Source: a virus (lineage: Duplodnaviria > Caudoviricetes). Taken from it: 64,000 bases of DNA. The notes below the pieces were generated by a model. The model was not told the origin of the DNA, ran no database searches, and worked only from the letters and a program-made list of their open reading frames with translations. The position numbers and the translations under genes were made by a program. Location: the IMG/VR virus record IMGVR_UViG_3300037067_019009, positions 64,001 through 128,000 of that record. One strand, given 5' to 3'. Positions within the stretch are counted from its first letter, which is position 1; each line of letters starts with the position of its first letter. Positions 12,087-22,122 of the stretch are shown in pieces.

Positions 12087-12983
12087 TCATATCGATATTC
12101 CTCTCTTACCTAACCATGAGTAGACATCTTCTCCAGCATTTATAGAGAAGCTGGATGGATAGACTTTCATCTCAACCAGGTCTATAAACTGGCTCATTAG
12201 CTCAGGCTCGTATAGAGATAGCTGGAGCCAGCTCGTGTGCTTTTTCAGTTCCTCATAGAAGTTAGCGCCAAACGCTATCTTCGATAACTGGTCCTTGCTC
12301 ATGTTCTTAAGGACGGAAAATAGATAGGTATTATCTATGTCTTTGTGAGGAGCCCTTCCTTGGTTGCCATATGGCAACAGGACAAAGTAGTCCACGGTGG
12401 TAAACCACGCGTTAAATATGTCCAGGAAGTAGTCGATACTTTCCTTATCCGATATTATCAGATGGAAATTGAGCTTAATCTCAGCGTCACTAAACTTCTT
12501 AGCGGCACTCTCCCAGTAATCCTTGAGATGTGGGTGGCACGATATGGCTACCCCGCCACAATAGGTTTTCATAGCCGCCACCAACTCATCTGTCACAGAC
12601 ATACCGTTAGTCGTACAGTTCGGCACTATACCGAAGCCATGCAAAAGCTCTAAAACCTTAACAAAATCTGGATGTTCGGTGGGCTCCCCACCTCCAAGGG
12701 CACACTGAAATGGACGCTGATTATCATCCATACCCCCAAATATCTTGGAGAGCTTCTCTAAGATGTTATCCGCGTGCTGGCTGGTATCTCTGGAGTCCGT
12801 ATAGCATTGCCCACAATTCCCATGGCACTTTGATGTCAGCTTAATATCGTAAAACTCAGGAAATTTAAGCTCGGTAATAGGCTTACTTACATCCAGCGCC
12901 AGTCTGATGGTCTTGCCTCCACAGAAGATACCTCTGTAATTAGCTTCCTTTTCAGTTCTAACCCGTATCATATTTCCTCGCAC
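12087..12983 (-). CDS. Radical SAM protein
   Basis: CHGNCGQCY (CxxxCxxC), ALGGGEPT, TTNG; overlaps the TNSS type B gene. Confidence 0.93.
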   Translation of the reverse strand: MRGNMIRVRTEKEANYRGIFCGGKTIRLALDVSKPITELKFPEFYDIKLTSKCHGNCGQCYTDSRDTSQHADNILEKLSKIFGGMDDNQRPFQCALGGGEPTEHPDFVKVLELLHGFGIVPNCTTNGMSVTDELVAAMKTYCGGVAISCHPHLKDYWESAAKKFSDAEIKLNFHLIISDKESIDYFLDIFNAWFTTVDYFVLLPYGNQGRAPHKDIDNTYLFSVLKNMSKDQLSKIAFGANFYEELKKHTSWLQLSLYEPELMSQFIDLVEMKVYPSSFSINAGEDVYSWLGKRGISI

Positions 12984-13378
12984 TCATCAATATCGAAGAT
13001 TTGTAGCATACTATTTTCTAGATCGATTGGTAGTCCGCATTTAGTCGTGACTACTAGCAGTGTGCCTGGAGGTGGGCCACCCTCACTGAACGCCATGTCT
13101 ACAGCTTCTCGGTCAAACCCCCGGCTTTCTACTATCCTGTCTATGACCGCTTCTGAAACTTCCCCGGCTAGCGCCTGACGTACCCTATCTTCCCACCCCG
13201 GACGAGTCTCCAGGCTGATATCGAAGTAGTCATCAACGCTGCCAGTCACTCCTAACGCATGCATTATCTCTTCCAACATGGATTTAGCAGCTTTTACAGC
13301 TGTTTCTCTAGGCCATGAGAAGATCTCAGTAGATGAGTTCGTTATAAGATCCACAATGCTATGAACAAGTATCTTCAA
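12968..13378 (-). CDS. TNSS-motif protein, type B copy 2
   Basis: DLITNSSTEIFSW...AAKSMLEEIMHALGV...DDYFD. Confidence 0.8.
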   Translation of the reverse strand: MKILVHSIVDLITNSSTEIFSWPRETAVKAAKSMLEEIMHALGVTGSVDDYFDISLETRPGWEDRVRQALAGEVSEAVIDRIVESRGFDREAVDMAFSEGGPPPGTLLVVTTKCGLPIDLENSMLQIFDIDECEEI

Positions 13379-13613
13379 AGCTTTCTCTCCTTTACAGCAG
13401 TATCATGTATATCAACGAGGACATCATACGATGCTCCCTCGAAGTGCCCATAGTCTCTCGGCTCTGTACATATTTTTAACTCCAGGCAGACATCACACTC
13501 TGTCTCATAGAACGTGGCAACACCATGTACAAGAACGGCCGTATGTCCTTTGGCGGCCGAAGCACATTCCTCGCAAATCACTGAAGGATACCACTCGTTA
13601 CTCATACCCTCTC

Positions 13614-13991
13614 CTACCCTTGATGGCTGCGGCATGCATTGAACAGCCGCTCTATCCAATCAAACATCTCATAGGGGATGGTGTTATCAGATTCACTCTC
13701 TATAATAAGAACCTGCTCATCCTTCTCCTCTACCCGCTTAGCCAGACTGGCCTTATAGCTACTGCCTAAGTAGTAATAGTCCAGAATAAACCGTAAAGAT
13801 TCCATCTTCGGCTCTTTAAATACCTGCTCGAATGCGTAATCGGTCTCAAACTGCCTATTATATAGATACAGCAGCCCAACTAAAAGCTGCCTGACTACAC
13901 CCACCGGTTTATCGGTATCGCAGATAAACAACTCCGAACTGGAGTTGGTTATTACGTCTACTATGGAGTTTATGCACATAAGTAATTTCAT
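13614..13991 (-). CDS. TNSS-motif protein, type A copy 2
   Basis: DVITNSSSELFIC...ESESDNTIPYEMFDWIE. Confidence 0.8.
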   Translation of the reverse strand: MKLLMCINSIVDVITNSSSELFICDTDKPVGVVRQLLVGLLYLYNRQFETDYAFEQVFKEPKMESLRFILDYYYLGSSYKASLAKRVEEKDEQVLIIESESDNTIPYEMFDWIERLFNACRSHQG

Positions 13992-14554
13992 GTACTCCCC
14001 CTAACTGGCTCCTTCGCTATTATAAGTCTACCACGCCTACTTACACTGTCAAAATATACTGATACTTCTCCCAAATAGTAAGAAGTCTTAAGGTAGTTCT
14101 GCCAACCTCTGGCCGTGTGTATACCTATACCATCACCTGACCGCTTATATCTACCCGATGAAAGCCGCTTAGTACTCCCCTCATGAATAAGGAAATACGC
14201 AGTCCCACTATCTTTTAACACCATCGCGGCCTTATGAATAATACCAAGCCCAATGCTAGACTCTTTAATGACATTAAGCACGTTATTAACAGTAACTGTA
14301 TCTACCGGCCCTTCGGATAACTTACTAACTATAGCAGCATTATGCTCTAGACTGCAGTTAAACGGGTCATAGACTAAATTTTCTACACCCTTTTTATTCA
14401 AGTATTCAGTCCCTGCATCGAATCGCCCGCCACCAATATCAAGATTACGAGTCCCTGGCTTGAACTCTACCAGCTTAAACGTCGCAGCTATTTGGTTTAG
14501 TGTTGTACCAGCGGAGCTTATAGCCTGATAGGGTAACTGCACACGTCCGCCCAT
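13988..14554 (-). CDS. Class I SAM-dependent methyltransferase-like protein
   Basis: NLDIGGGRFD motif I, VYDPF, VNNVLNVI. Confidence 0.75.
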   Translation of the reverse strand: MGGRVQLPYQAISSAGTTLNQIAATFKLVEFKPGTRNLDIGGGRFDAGTEYLNKKGVENLVYDPFNCSLEHNAAIVSKLSEGPVDTVTVNNVLNVIKESSIGLGIIHKAAMVLKDSGTAYFLIHEGSTKRLSSGRYKRSGDGIGIHTARGWQNYLKTSYYLGEVSVYFDSVSRRGRLIIAKEPVRGST

Positions 14555-14589
14555 CTGTTTAAGTGATTAACCTTTCTTATGGAGGTAGA

Positions 14590-15075
14590 ATGTGCCGGTA
14601 ATACTTCAAGGCGTACTCTCCGGTTGCGCGACTACAGTTTCAAGGCCCGATAATGATTGTTTAATCTCCTCCCACACTCAGTAGGACATGTTTCATGGGC
14701 CTTAACCGGCACATACTCTATACTATGTATCATACACTTTCCAATGCGCTACGTGCACCGTATTAGTCTTACGGCTTACTCGCGAGACTTTGTCTCACTA
14801 CATAAGCTGAATAGTAAAACTAAGCCTGTCATGATCTTTGATTACACGCTACCACTGGCCACTATGCATGAACTTGTACAGATATACTAGGGTTTCCTGC
14901 ACGCTTTTTCCACTCCCGCCCCACCAGTACAGACTAACCCTATGTGATTCTACCCCCTTGTGAGACTCCGTCTCACTATATAGGCTGAGTGACAAGACTC
15001 AGCCGTAAGTAAAGCAGTGGTCTGTGGATTCCCATCTTAAATGGCAGTGCCGTTAGCAGACGTACTTTACAAGTA
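14590..15075 (-). ncRNA. Candidate structured non-coding RNA (about 490 nt)
   Basis: No credible ORF; 10-bp stem AUGUGCCGGU/ACCGGCACAU, AAGGCCC/GGGCCUU, two 45-nt double-hairpin copies at 14782-14826 and 14960-15004. Confidence 0.45.
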
Positions 15076-15081
15076 TAAAGG

Positions 15082-15984
15082 CTACGAAAAAGTCTTAAAT
15101 ACCCTGTTAAGAATCGAGTTGAATTTATTTACATCTACATCTATGGCAATGTCTATGTTGCCCGGCTCGTTTATAAACTTGACATAGCCATTGTCTCCAA
15201 CCTCCGCGCGTACCCCTCTGATATAGTCGCATACGGTCGGATCTATAATGGTAGCTAACGCAAGCGGGTCGTGCATGTAGGTGAAGGCACCATAGTTTGT
15301 GGACATATAAGACAGCGTCATGCCCCCAAGGAATTCCATGTATTCCGAAGACATATTGTCTGCTACTTGTTGGTAGGCTACGGCCACCTTCTTAGTAACG
15401 TTCAAGCCTACTGATACGATAGGGATTTCAGTCCGCTCGTACACTATCTTAGTCGCCATAGGGTCGAGTCTGACGTTATGCTCCTTTACTGGTACTCCCC
15501 ACCTAGTAAAGCTTGCTCCCATTATGTACAACTTAGAGATACACTTATGCAGGTCGGGAACATAACTTACCCAGTCTGCTACATTAGTCAGCGGGCCTAT
15601 TGCAAGCACATCTACGGGATCTATCTCCGTAGTTTTGCTGAACATATGCAGCGCACTTTCATAATGAGCACCATACCGAGGCACTTCCCGCATGTTTACT
15701 TTAACATAATCGGTTTCCCTACCATTCCAGTAGATAGGATAGCCGGGAGTCATCGGATCTCCACTCCCCCTGGCTACTGGTATGTTTCTGTTGGCCAGAT
15801 AGATAAGCCTACGAAGAACGCGCTCTCTTATATCCAAGAACCCGTGAACTAAGGTAATGCCTTCGATAGAAATCTCCGGAGACGCCATAGCCAATGAGAT
15901 TGCCCATGCGTCATCTACATCAGTCCCTATATCTGTGTCTATAATAACTCTTCTCATACAGCACAGTACCTTCCACACACACAA
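15082..15984 (-). CDS. Nucleoside hydrolase (IUNH family)
   Basis: IIDTDIGTDVDDA, AIGPLTNVA, EHNV..DP, MHDPLA; true start probably MRRVIID. Confidence 0.93.
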   Translation of the reverse strand: MCVWKVLCCMRRVIIDTDIGTDVDDAWAISLAMASPEISIEGITLVHGFLDIRERVLRRLIYLANRNIPVARGSGDPMTPGYPIYWNGRETDYVKVNMREVPRYGAHYESALHMFSKTTEIDPVDVLAIGPLTNVADWVSYVPDLHKCISKLYIMGASFTRWGVPVKEHNVRLDPMATKIVYERTEIPIVSVGLNVTKKVAVAYQQVADNMSSEYMEFLGGMTLSYMSTNYGAFTYMHDPLALATIIDPTVCDYIRGVRAEVGDNGYVKFINEPGNIDIAIDVDVNKFNSILNRVFKTFS

Positions 15985-16216
15985 GCGACACGCTCTCGTG
16001 CGGCCGTCATTAGCAGCTCCTGCGCAAAGTCCGGATATTTATCACTGAGTAGCGGTATTATACACTCCGGACTACTCAAGATCTCATCCATCTCACAGAA
16101 TGAAAGCGATGGGAGCTCCTCCTCTACACCCGCGCATTTAACTACAAGCGTATAGGTGCATTCCTCAGGAGACTCTACCAGCTCATCTGAAGAAACTACC
16201 CTGGGAAAAATATTTA

Positions 16217-18310
16217 TCATTTTACCACACCCTCAGTTACACTTTTAATTACAGATATGCATCTATTCAAATTGTCTTTAAGCGTAGCATCCGCGCTAAT
16301 CAACCCATCCTCAACTGTACCCATCTCTTTCTGCCAGCTGGAGTAGGTGGCGTAACACTTCCTATAAATATCAGCGAGACGCTGGCAGTTATTACATGTA
16401 CAGCCTGTGACCTTAGTATCAAATACTTCCGGCATTTCCTTCAGAGTCTTCTTAGCCAATAGTGACCGCAGTTGTAAACACAGAGTCTCAGCTACACCTT
16501 CTCCAGTCCTCTCAGTAACCAGTATAGCCGTAGGACTCATTGGGGTATTGCCACAGCCTTCGCATGTAAGATCACCACAGTGGTACAACTTACGAGTATT
16601 AAGTAACTTAGTAACACACTCAGACATATTGCAGAATAGAGAATTTTTAGATAGGGCAGCCACCCCTCCGACCCTTTCCTCATGGGTTATGCCAGTAAAC
16701 TGCGCCCAATCTTCAGACACTCCTAACTTGTGACACAGTGCCATCCTCATCGCTATCGTTTGGGCCGGAGTGAAACCCACAACCCGCTCGTCACTATCCC
16801 TCGAAGACTGAGGACAGTACGCTAGGCCTGTATACAAGTCCATAGACGTTATGCGCCCTATGGGTTTTGGTATCTTCTCCATATCTACGACGATCTGTTT
16901 ATGCGAGGGTTTGTTGCCCGCAATCTGCAGCTCTGGATATGAAGTGTTGCCGGAACATATTAGATAACCACTGACTCCAAAATCTATGCTGTTCCTGATT
17001 GCACTTATTATACTACCAGCGTATCCGGTGTCAATTACAACAGCTCCTCTTGGAACCTCTAACCTCCACCATTTCCTCACTGCCGTATCGGTTACCCCAG
17101 AACTGCTGCACACGTTCCTGGATACTAAGAAATATCTAACATCCAACCCCTCTTCCTTAAGCCTCCAGAATACAGGCTCCGCGTCGCGACCGAGTATAAC
17201 GGTCGGTCTGCCTTTAGCGGCTCTAGAAACAGCATCTGCAGCTCTTGCAGTTATGTCAGCGGTGGAAGAAAGATCGATACCGCTATCTTTGGTGATCATA
17301 TAGATGAAAGACATCGTATCTGCTGCTCCAGATGAGCACATATTATAGTCTTTCCTCATCTTCTGGCGGTTTTTCTTTATAGACTCTGCCTGAAGCGCCT
17401 TAATCTTTTCAGCAAGCTCCGTCATTCCAGAGCGGACTGCCGCGGATAGAGTGCCTTCGGTCACCTTAGCTCCAGCCGACAATAGTTGCATCGCCAAATC
17501 GCCTTGCCCACTATTCATAGCACAGGCTAAAAGTGGCTGATTCGATTTACTTGCATCGGCACCGGCATCTAGCAGCAGTTTAGCTTTATCGAAGTAGCCC
17601 TGAATTACTGCTATATCTAAAATAGTTTTCCCGCCTGAATCGGTGGAATCTATAATATCTTTGCTGGCGTTACTTAGGAACTTCTTAAACACTCCCATCT
17701 GCTGGTTCAGCGAAATCCGTAGAAGCGTAGTATTGTTGACCTTAGTACCAGGAGACACTCCGTGCGTGATAGCATAATCCCAAATTTGTGCATCAGTTGT
17801 GAGACTAAGAAAATGATATCCATGTTTACTGATACCATCCACATTTTCCCCAGCCTCTACGGAAGCCGCCACTATACCAAGCGTCAACAAGCATACGGAG
17901 TTAAGCATTTCCCACCAGCAGTAGGCGCCTTTGTACACCCCATTTGGGCTGAATGCTGGTGACCCTATGATAGTAAGTAGGGCCGCTTCCCTGACTTTCA
18001 ATGAGATGTTAAGGTCCGGCGAGCAGACAGCCGTAGCCAGATCCCAAGTATTGTCATCCGGCCCGCGCATATAATAGGGGCCACCATCTTTAAGGAGCTT
18101 GGATAGTAAATTTGGCCGGTTAGCAACTACAGCAGCGCCTGCCAGAGTGTCGGCGTTATACAAAACCTGACTCGTATCATCTACCCCGACCCAATCCTCA
18201 CTGGAAATGAGTTGGCCTTTCCTTATCTTCCAGTAAAGCTCATAAGCAGGAGGCTTAATCTCCCCTACCCAAAAGCACTCAGGATCATACATCCCTGAAC
18301 CCTCCAACAA
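16217..18310 (-). CDS. Ankyrin-repeat protein with a C-terminal enzymatic-looking domain and Cys cluster
   Basis: GKTILDIAVIQGYFDKAKLLLDAGAD-type ankyrin repeats; ILGRDA and VIDTGYAGSI motifs; C-terminal HCGDLTCEGC/CTCNNC. Confidence 0.7.
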   Translation of the reverse strand: MLEGSGMYDPECFWVGEIKPPAYELYWKIRKGQLISSEDWVGVDDTSQVLYNADTLAGAAVVANRPNLLSKLLKDGGPYYMRGPDDNTWDLATAVCSPDLNISLKVREAALLTIIGSPAFSPNGVYKGAYCWWEMLNSVCLLTLGIVAASVEAGENVDGISKHGYHFLSLTTDAQIWDYAITHGVSPGTKVNNTTLLRISLNQQMGVFKKFLSNASKDIIDSTDSGGKTILDIAVIQGYFDKAKLLLDAGADASKSNQPLLACAMNSGQGDLAMQLLSAGAKVTEGTLSAAVRSGMTELAEKIKALQAESIKKNRQKMRKDYNMCSSGAADTMSFIYMITKDSGIDLSSTADITARAADAVSRAAKGRPTVILGRDAEPVFWRLKEEGLDVRYFLVSRNVCSSSGVTDTAVRKWWRLEVPRGAVVIDTGYAGSIISAIRNSIDFGVSGYLICSGNTSYPELQIAGNKPSHKQIVVDMEKIPKPIGRITSMDLYTGLAYCPQSSRDSDERVVGFTPAQTIAMRMALCHKLGVSEDWAQFTGITHEERVGGVAALSKNSLFCNMSECVTKLLNTRKLYHCGDLTCEGCGNTPMSPTAILVTERTGEGVAETLCLQLRSLLAKKTLKEMPEVFDTKVTGCTCNNCQRLADIYRKCYATYSSWQKEMGTVEDGLISADATLKDNLNRCISVIKSVTEGVVK

Positions 18311-18385
18311 AAATTGTATATATGTACCAAAAGTTTACTGGGGGATAGCAACTCTATCCCCCCGAGTAATAGCTAACGGGATTGC

Positions 18386-18565
18386 CTAGTCGGCAATAAC
18401 ATTAGCGGTTGCGGCAGATGCCGCCTGGATGAGCTCCAGAGCTGCGGCGGGCGACACTCTCGTTCGTACTCGAGTGTTACCTGCCTTCAGGGTTACTGTC
18501 ACCTCTCCTGGCCTGCTCTCGCTAGGCCTGAATCCGAGATACCCAGTTTCCGTCTGTACTCTCAT
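18386..18565 (-). CDS. Small protein (59 aa), not in ORF track
   Basis: GAGGAGG RBS, MRVQTETGYLGFRPSE..., followed by a GC hairpin at 18340-18362. Confidence 0.6.
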   Translation of the reverse strand: MRVQTETGYLGFRPSESRPGEVTVTLKAGNTRVRTRVSPAAALELIQAASAATANVIAD

Positions 18566-18623
18566 TTCGTTTTCCTCCTCTAGAGTAGGTTTGGGTTCCT
18601 TGTCTGCAAATTACAGACAAGCT

Positions 18624-19421
18624 TTAAAAACTTTGTCCGTTCCTCAGTGCAGCCAACCACCACGCATCATAGTCTCCACTATCGTCTACTGAAACCGACA
18701 GATCATCCAGGCACTTTGGTGGTTTTCCCTCAGGCTTTTTCCCGGTCCTGACGGCCCGCACAAATTTACTCAGTAGATCGAAATCTAACGAATTAAACGA
18801 CTTACTTACGCCGGTAGCCACCAGAAACGCTTTAGCATAAGGTAGAAAATCTACCACGTTCCATGGCGTAAGTCCACTTGCTATAGCAAGCGGGACATCC
18901 CCCAGGACATCCGACATGTTCTTTATTTTCTCCACCGATGGGGCCGAGCCGGTCCCCTTGCCCGAGGTAGTTGGAACTTCCATATACTTCGCCGATTCCG
19001 CGGCAAGCCAACTCTCACTAGTCGATAAAGGCTGGTACTTGAATGCACACCCACCAAAAAGTATACCTTGCCAGGGAATCTTTTTGCGGAACTTCACGAG
19101 TTCCTTCGCATAGGGTTGATCCATGTCCTTCTGAGATACGATATGAGTATCACACCATATCCCTCCCAACCACTCGGGAGCATAGTACATGGCCTCATGC
19201 GGCATAAGATGCAGATAGTTAGCGCCTATCCACATCCCGGGCATGGCTTTGTGGAGACTCCATGCTATATCGCTCAAGTGTGGGCCATTTATCAGGAACA
19301 CCCCATCCGCCCCAGCACTCATAGCTATCTTTGCGTTCACCATGGCCTGCCCCTCAGACGCGACATGAATGACTGGAAGTATAACGTGTTCTCTGCCAAA
19401 AGTTTCGTAAAGCTTATTCAT
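18624..19421 (-). CDS. BtpA/SgcQ family TIM-barrel protein
   Basis: ILPVIHV, GADGVFLIN, GGCAFKY, TTSGKGTG, AIASGLT, LVATG. Confidence 0.8.
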   Translation of the reverse strand: MNKLYETFGREHVILPVIHVASEGQAMVNAKIAMSAGADGVFLINGPHLSDIAWSLHKAMPGMWIGANYLHLMPHEAMYYAPEWLGGIWCDTHIVSQKDMDQPYAKELVKFRKKIPWQGILFGGCAFKYQPLSTSESWLAAESAKYMEVPTTSGKGTGSAPSVEKIKNMSDVLGDVPLAIASGLTPWNVVDFLPYAKAFLVATGVSKSFNSLDFDLLSKFVRAVRTGKKPEGKPPKCLDDLSVSVDDSGDYDAWWLAALRNGQSF

Positions 19422-19950
19422 CTAGAACACTCTCCCAATCGCCAGGAATATAAATTATTACACTAGGCCCATGACTCATAAAAACTACCTCGTCTCCAAC
19501 GGTAACATCAGTATCATAACCATTTCTCCATGCTACGATATTCTTCCCACCCAGCGTGTGCTCTCTCATGAACCCACCCTCCGGTGTGTCCTTACCAGCT
19601 TTCACCCAGGTATTCACCTTACCAGGCAGGGACTCTCCGCCAGATGGACTGTTTTGTTCTAAGTCCTCCGGCGCTATGCCCATTATTGTCTGCAAGATCT
19701 TTCCAGTGGCATCAGGGCACTCGATAACGCTCAAGCCGGCCAGCTTGTCCCTGAATATAGAAAGCTCTTCCAACATTCCGTTTGTAATTTCGGGTTCTGT
19801 TTCTTTAGCAAGAATTACAGGCATTTCATCCTCAACATCTTCGGTATAAGGGATAGAATACAACAGCTCACCACCATCCGGCCCAATGCTTGTCGCCCAC
19901 TTCATAAGGTAATTACTGTGAAGTATCCCACTTGCAGTCTTCATATCCAC
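19414..19950 (-). CDS. Hypothetical protein
   Basis: 178-aa ORF overlapping neighbours. Confidence 0.6.
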   Translation of the reverse strand: MDMKTASGILHSNYLMKWATSIGPDGGELLYSIPYTEDVEDEMPVILAKETEPEITNGMLEELSIFRDKLAGLSVIECPDATGKILQTIMGIAPEDLEQNSPSGGESLPGKVNTWVKAGKDTPEGGFMREHTLGGKNIVAWRNGYDTDVTVGDEVVFMSHGPSVIIYIPGDWESVLDE

Positions 19951-20637
19951 TACAATATGGCCTTTTTCTTTCTTCCCAGGCTCCCCAGATCGTACTCGCC
20001 TTGAGAAAGTATCTGATTTCTCACAGCGTCGTCTTTACAGTTGATGGCGGCGTCCTTATAGACTGTGTGTTTATGTTTAGATACACCAGAGACTACTACT
20101 TCGCTACCATTTAGTACCACATAAATATATCTATGCACTACACCATCCAGGAGGTGGGGGGTATCGAGTTTACCAACAAGCAACTGAACCATTTTCATAC
20201 TTCCTTCTTGTACTTAAATTCCAACAGTCCTTTACTGATGTCTGTATTTTTCTTATCTATCACCAGGAACAAATCATGGGTATTATCCCTTATCCACTTC
20301 GAATCCCTACCCTCAGTCCTGCAAAGCCTCCGCAAATCACGTGCTGGAAGTAATCTCGAGGACACAAAGGCATCACCAACCTGTGGTAAGTAAGCCACGT
20401 AAGAAAAGTTTAATACAGATTTGGCGTTGCGAATCATTCTACTTTCTTCGTCTATCCCATACCAAAGCAGTAGGTTCAGCAACATGTCTATCGCTCCCGT
20501 GACATTATCAATCCACTTCGGGGCTTGGCAATACAGTTTCATCAGTATATCGTAAGTGACGAAGGACTTCTCGAGAGAATGCTCCTTCTTCCAAGCGTCA
20601 AATAACTCAACTCTATAGTCTTGCTCATCGGCAGCCA

Positions 20638-21255
20638 TCATTTCACCTCAACCAAAGCTTTAGAGGAGGGTTTCTCCCGTGCACTTTTAAGCCGCTTAGC
20701 TTTTATATAGTCTCTTATGATCTTCACTGCGGCCTCGACCTCGGCGTCGGAAGATATGCCTGCCTCCCCCACATTCAGTATAATCGCCCCAGGCATATAT
20801 AATATATTTGGATCATGTGCTTTTTCTACCACGTTATCCCTTTCCCCACTAAGGGAATAGAAATCTCCATGGTAAGGCCGATAGTACGCCGTATACCCAG
20901 CTGCACGGAGCCTCCTGACCATTTCCGGGCCACTGCGATTATTCATGGAATGTATTGTGAACACGCAATCCTTCAAGTGAGAGGGTTTCTTTTTTATCAG
21001 CCACTCCACCACCTCCATGCCATCGCCTTTCCTGCCACTCGCCGGATATATGCTATCCTCCAGATCGTGGTCCAGAAACACCTCCCTCCATATATATTTC
21101 TCCAGGGCACTTATACAGGCTGGGGCCGTCTTGACCCACCAGGCACTAGGGTGAGCCCAAAGAAACTTCCTAGCCCTGCGCTCGTAGTCATCCAAAATCA
21201 GCGTAGCAACTATCTTACTCAACTGGCAGCCTCCTACCTCCCAGCTTATGGCCAC
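20638..21255 (-). CDS. Cyclic-phosphate-processing receiver (cREC)-like protein
   Basis: LILDD..R, VFLDHDL, DGMEVVEWL, IHSMN motifs. Confidence 0.8.
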   Translation of the reverse strand: MAISWEVGGCQLSKIVATLILDDYERRARKFLWAHPSAWWVKTAPACISALEKYIWREVFLDHDLEDSIYPASGRKGDGMEVVEWLIKKKPSHLKDCVFTIHSMNNRSGPEMVRRLRAAGYTAYYRPYHGDFYSLSGERDNVVEKAHDPNILYMPGAIILNVGEAGISSDAEVEAAVKIIRDYIKAKRLKSAREKPSSKALVEVK

Positions 21256-21408
21256 TGGGGCAGTACACTGCGTTTTCCATTCGGTAGTGTATTTTCATTA
21301 AACTCATCCCTTCTAAGATTACTAGCAGCTATGATTGCATTATGATATAATATGGTGGGGCATAGTAATGACTAAACACAGAGCCTACACATGCCCCCGC
21401 ATCTATGT

Positions 21409-21870
21409 TTAGAACAACTTAGCTACCCCTATGTAGCCGCTCCATCCATACCCTCTAGGAGCATAGCCGATACCGACATTCAACACATTGGCTACCCGCT
21501 CTAGGGTGATAGATCCACCGACACCACCGTCTACTCCATCATCTAAGAACCCGATGATGTCCAGATTAACTGTGGCAACCCCGCCAACTATCGGAGGGGC
21601 GTTGAACGCAAACAGCGGGTAGTTACCCACTACCGCCAGGCCATTCAAATCCGATTTCTCGAATGACTGTAAATACACGACTCGTGTATCCAACTTATCC
21701 AGCAACGCACCGATAGAATCGAGTGGAGCGTCACTAGCAGGTGCTTCCTCAGTGACAGTAACTGCCATGGCAGACATCCTGCTGGACAGGTATAAAACGT
21801 CCGCACCAGCGTTAATCGTCATAGACGTACACGCAAGCAATAAGCTTACAAGTAGAATAATCTTTTTCAA
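21409..21870 (-). CDS. Secreted protein, possible outer-membrane beta-barrel
   Basis: MKK signal peptide, Gly-rich amphipathic strands, C-terminal Phe. Confidence 0.6.
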   Translation of the reverse strand: MKKIILLVSLLLACTSMTINAGADVLYLSSRMSAMAVTVTEEAPASDAPLDSIGALLDKLDTRVVYLQSFEKSDLNGLAVVGNYPLFAFNAPPIVGGVATVNLDIIGFLDDGVDGGVGGSITLERVANVLNVGIGYAPRGYGWSGYIGVAKLF

Positions 21871-21900
21871 TAATTCACCTCCTTACACCGTAGATTCGAA

Positions 21901-22122
21901 TCACTTCTTCGCGACGACAGCGAGCTTAAGCACACTGCCTATACAGCCGATAAGCCAAAAACCGGCGTAAGTTACCCAATAGGTAATCTCCTTACCACCA
22001 AAATAAGGAATAACCACATTCCATAAAAACATGATGACCCCAGATATGAGAAACCCCCAGACGATAGCCGCCACCAGCAGGCCTGCTATTGCTCCTACGA
22101 TAGCACTAATACTTCTTTTTAT
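21901..22122 (-). CDS. Small membrane protein (73 aa) with apparent ATA start
   Basis: Open hydrophobic frame IKRSISAIVGAIAGLLVAAIVWGFL...; GGAGGTG RBS; ATA overlaps the upstream TAA. Confidence 0.5.
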   Translation of the reverse strand: MKRSISAIVGAIAGLLVAAIVWGFLISGVIMFLWNVVIPYFGGKEITYWVTYAGFWLIGCIGSVLKLAVVAKK

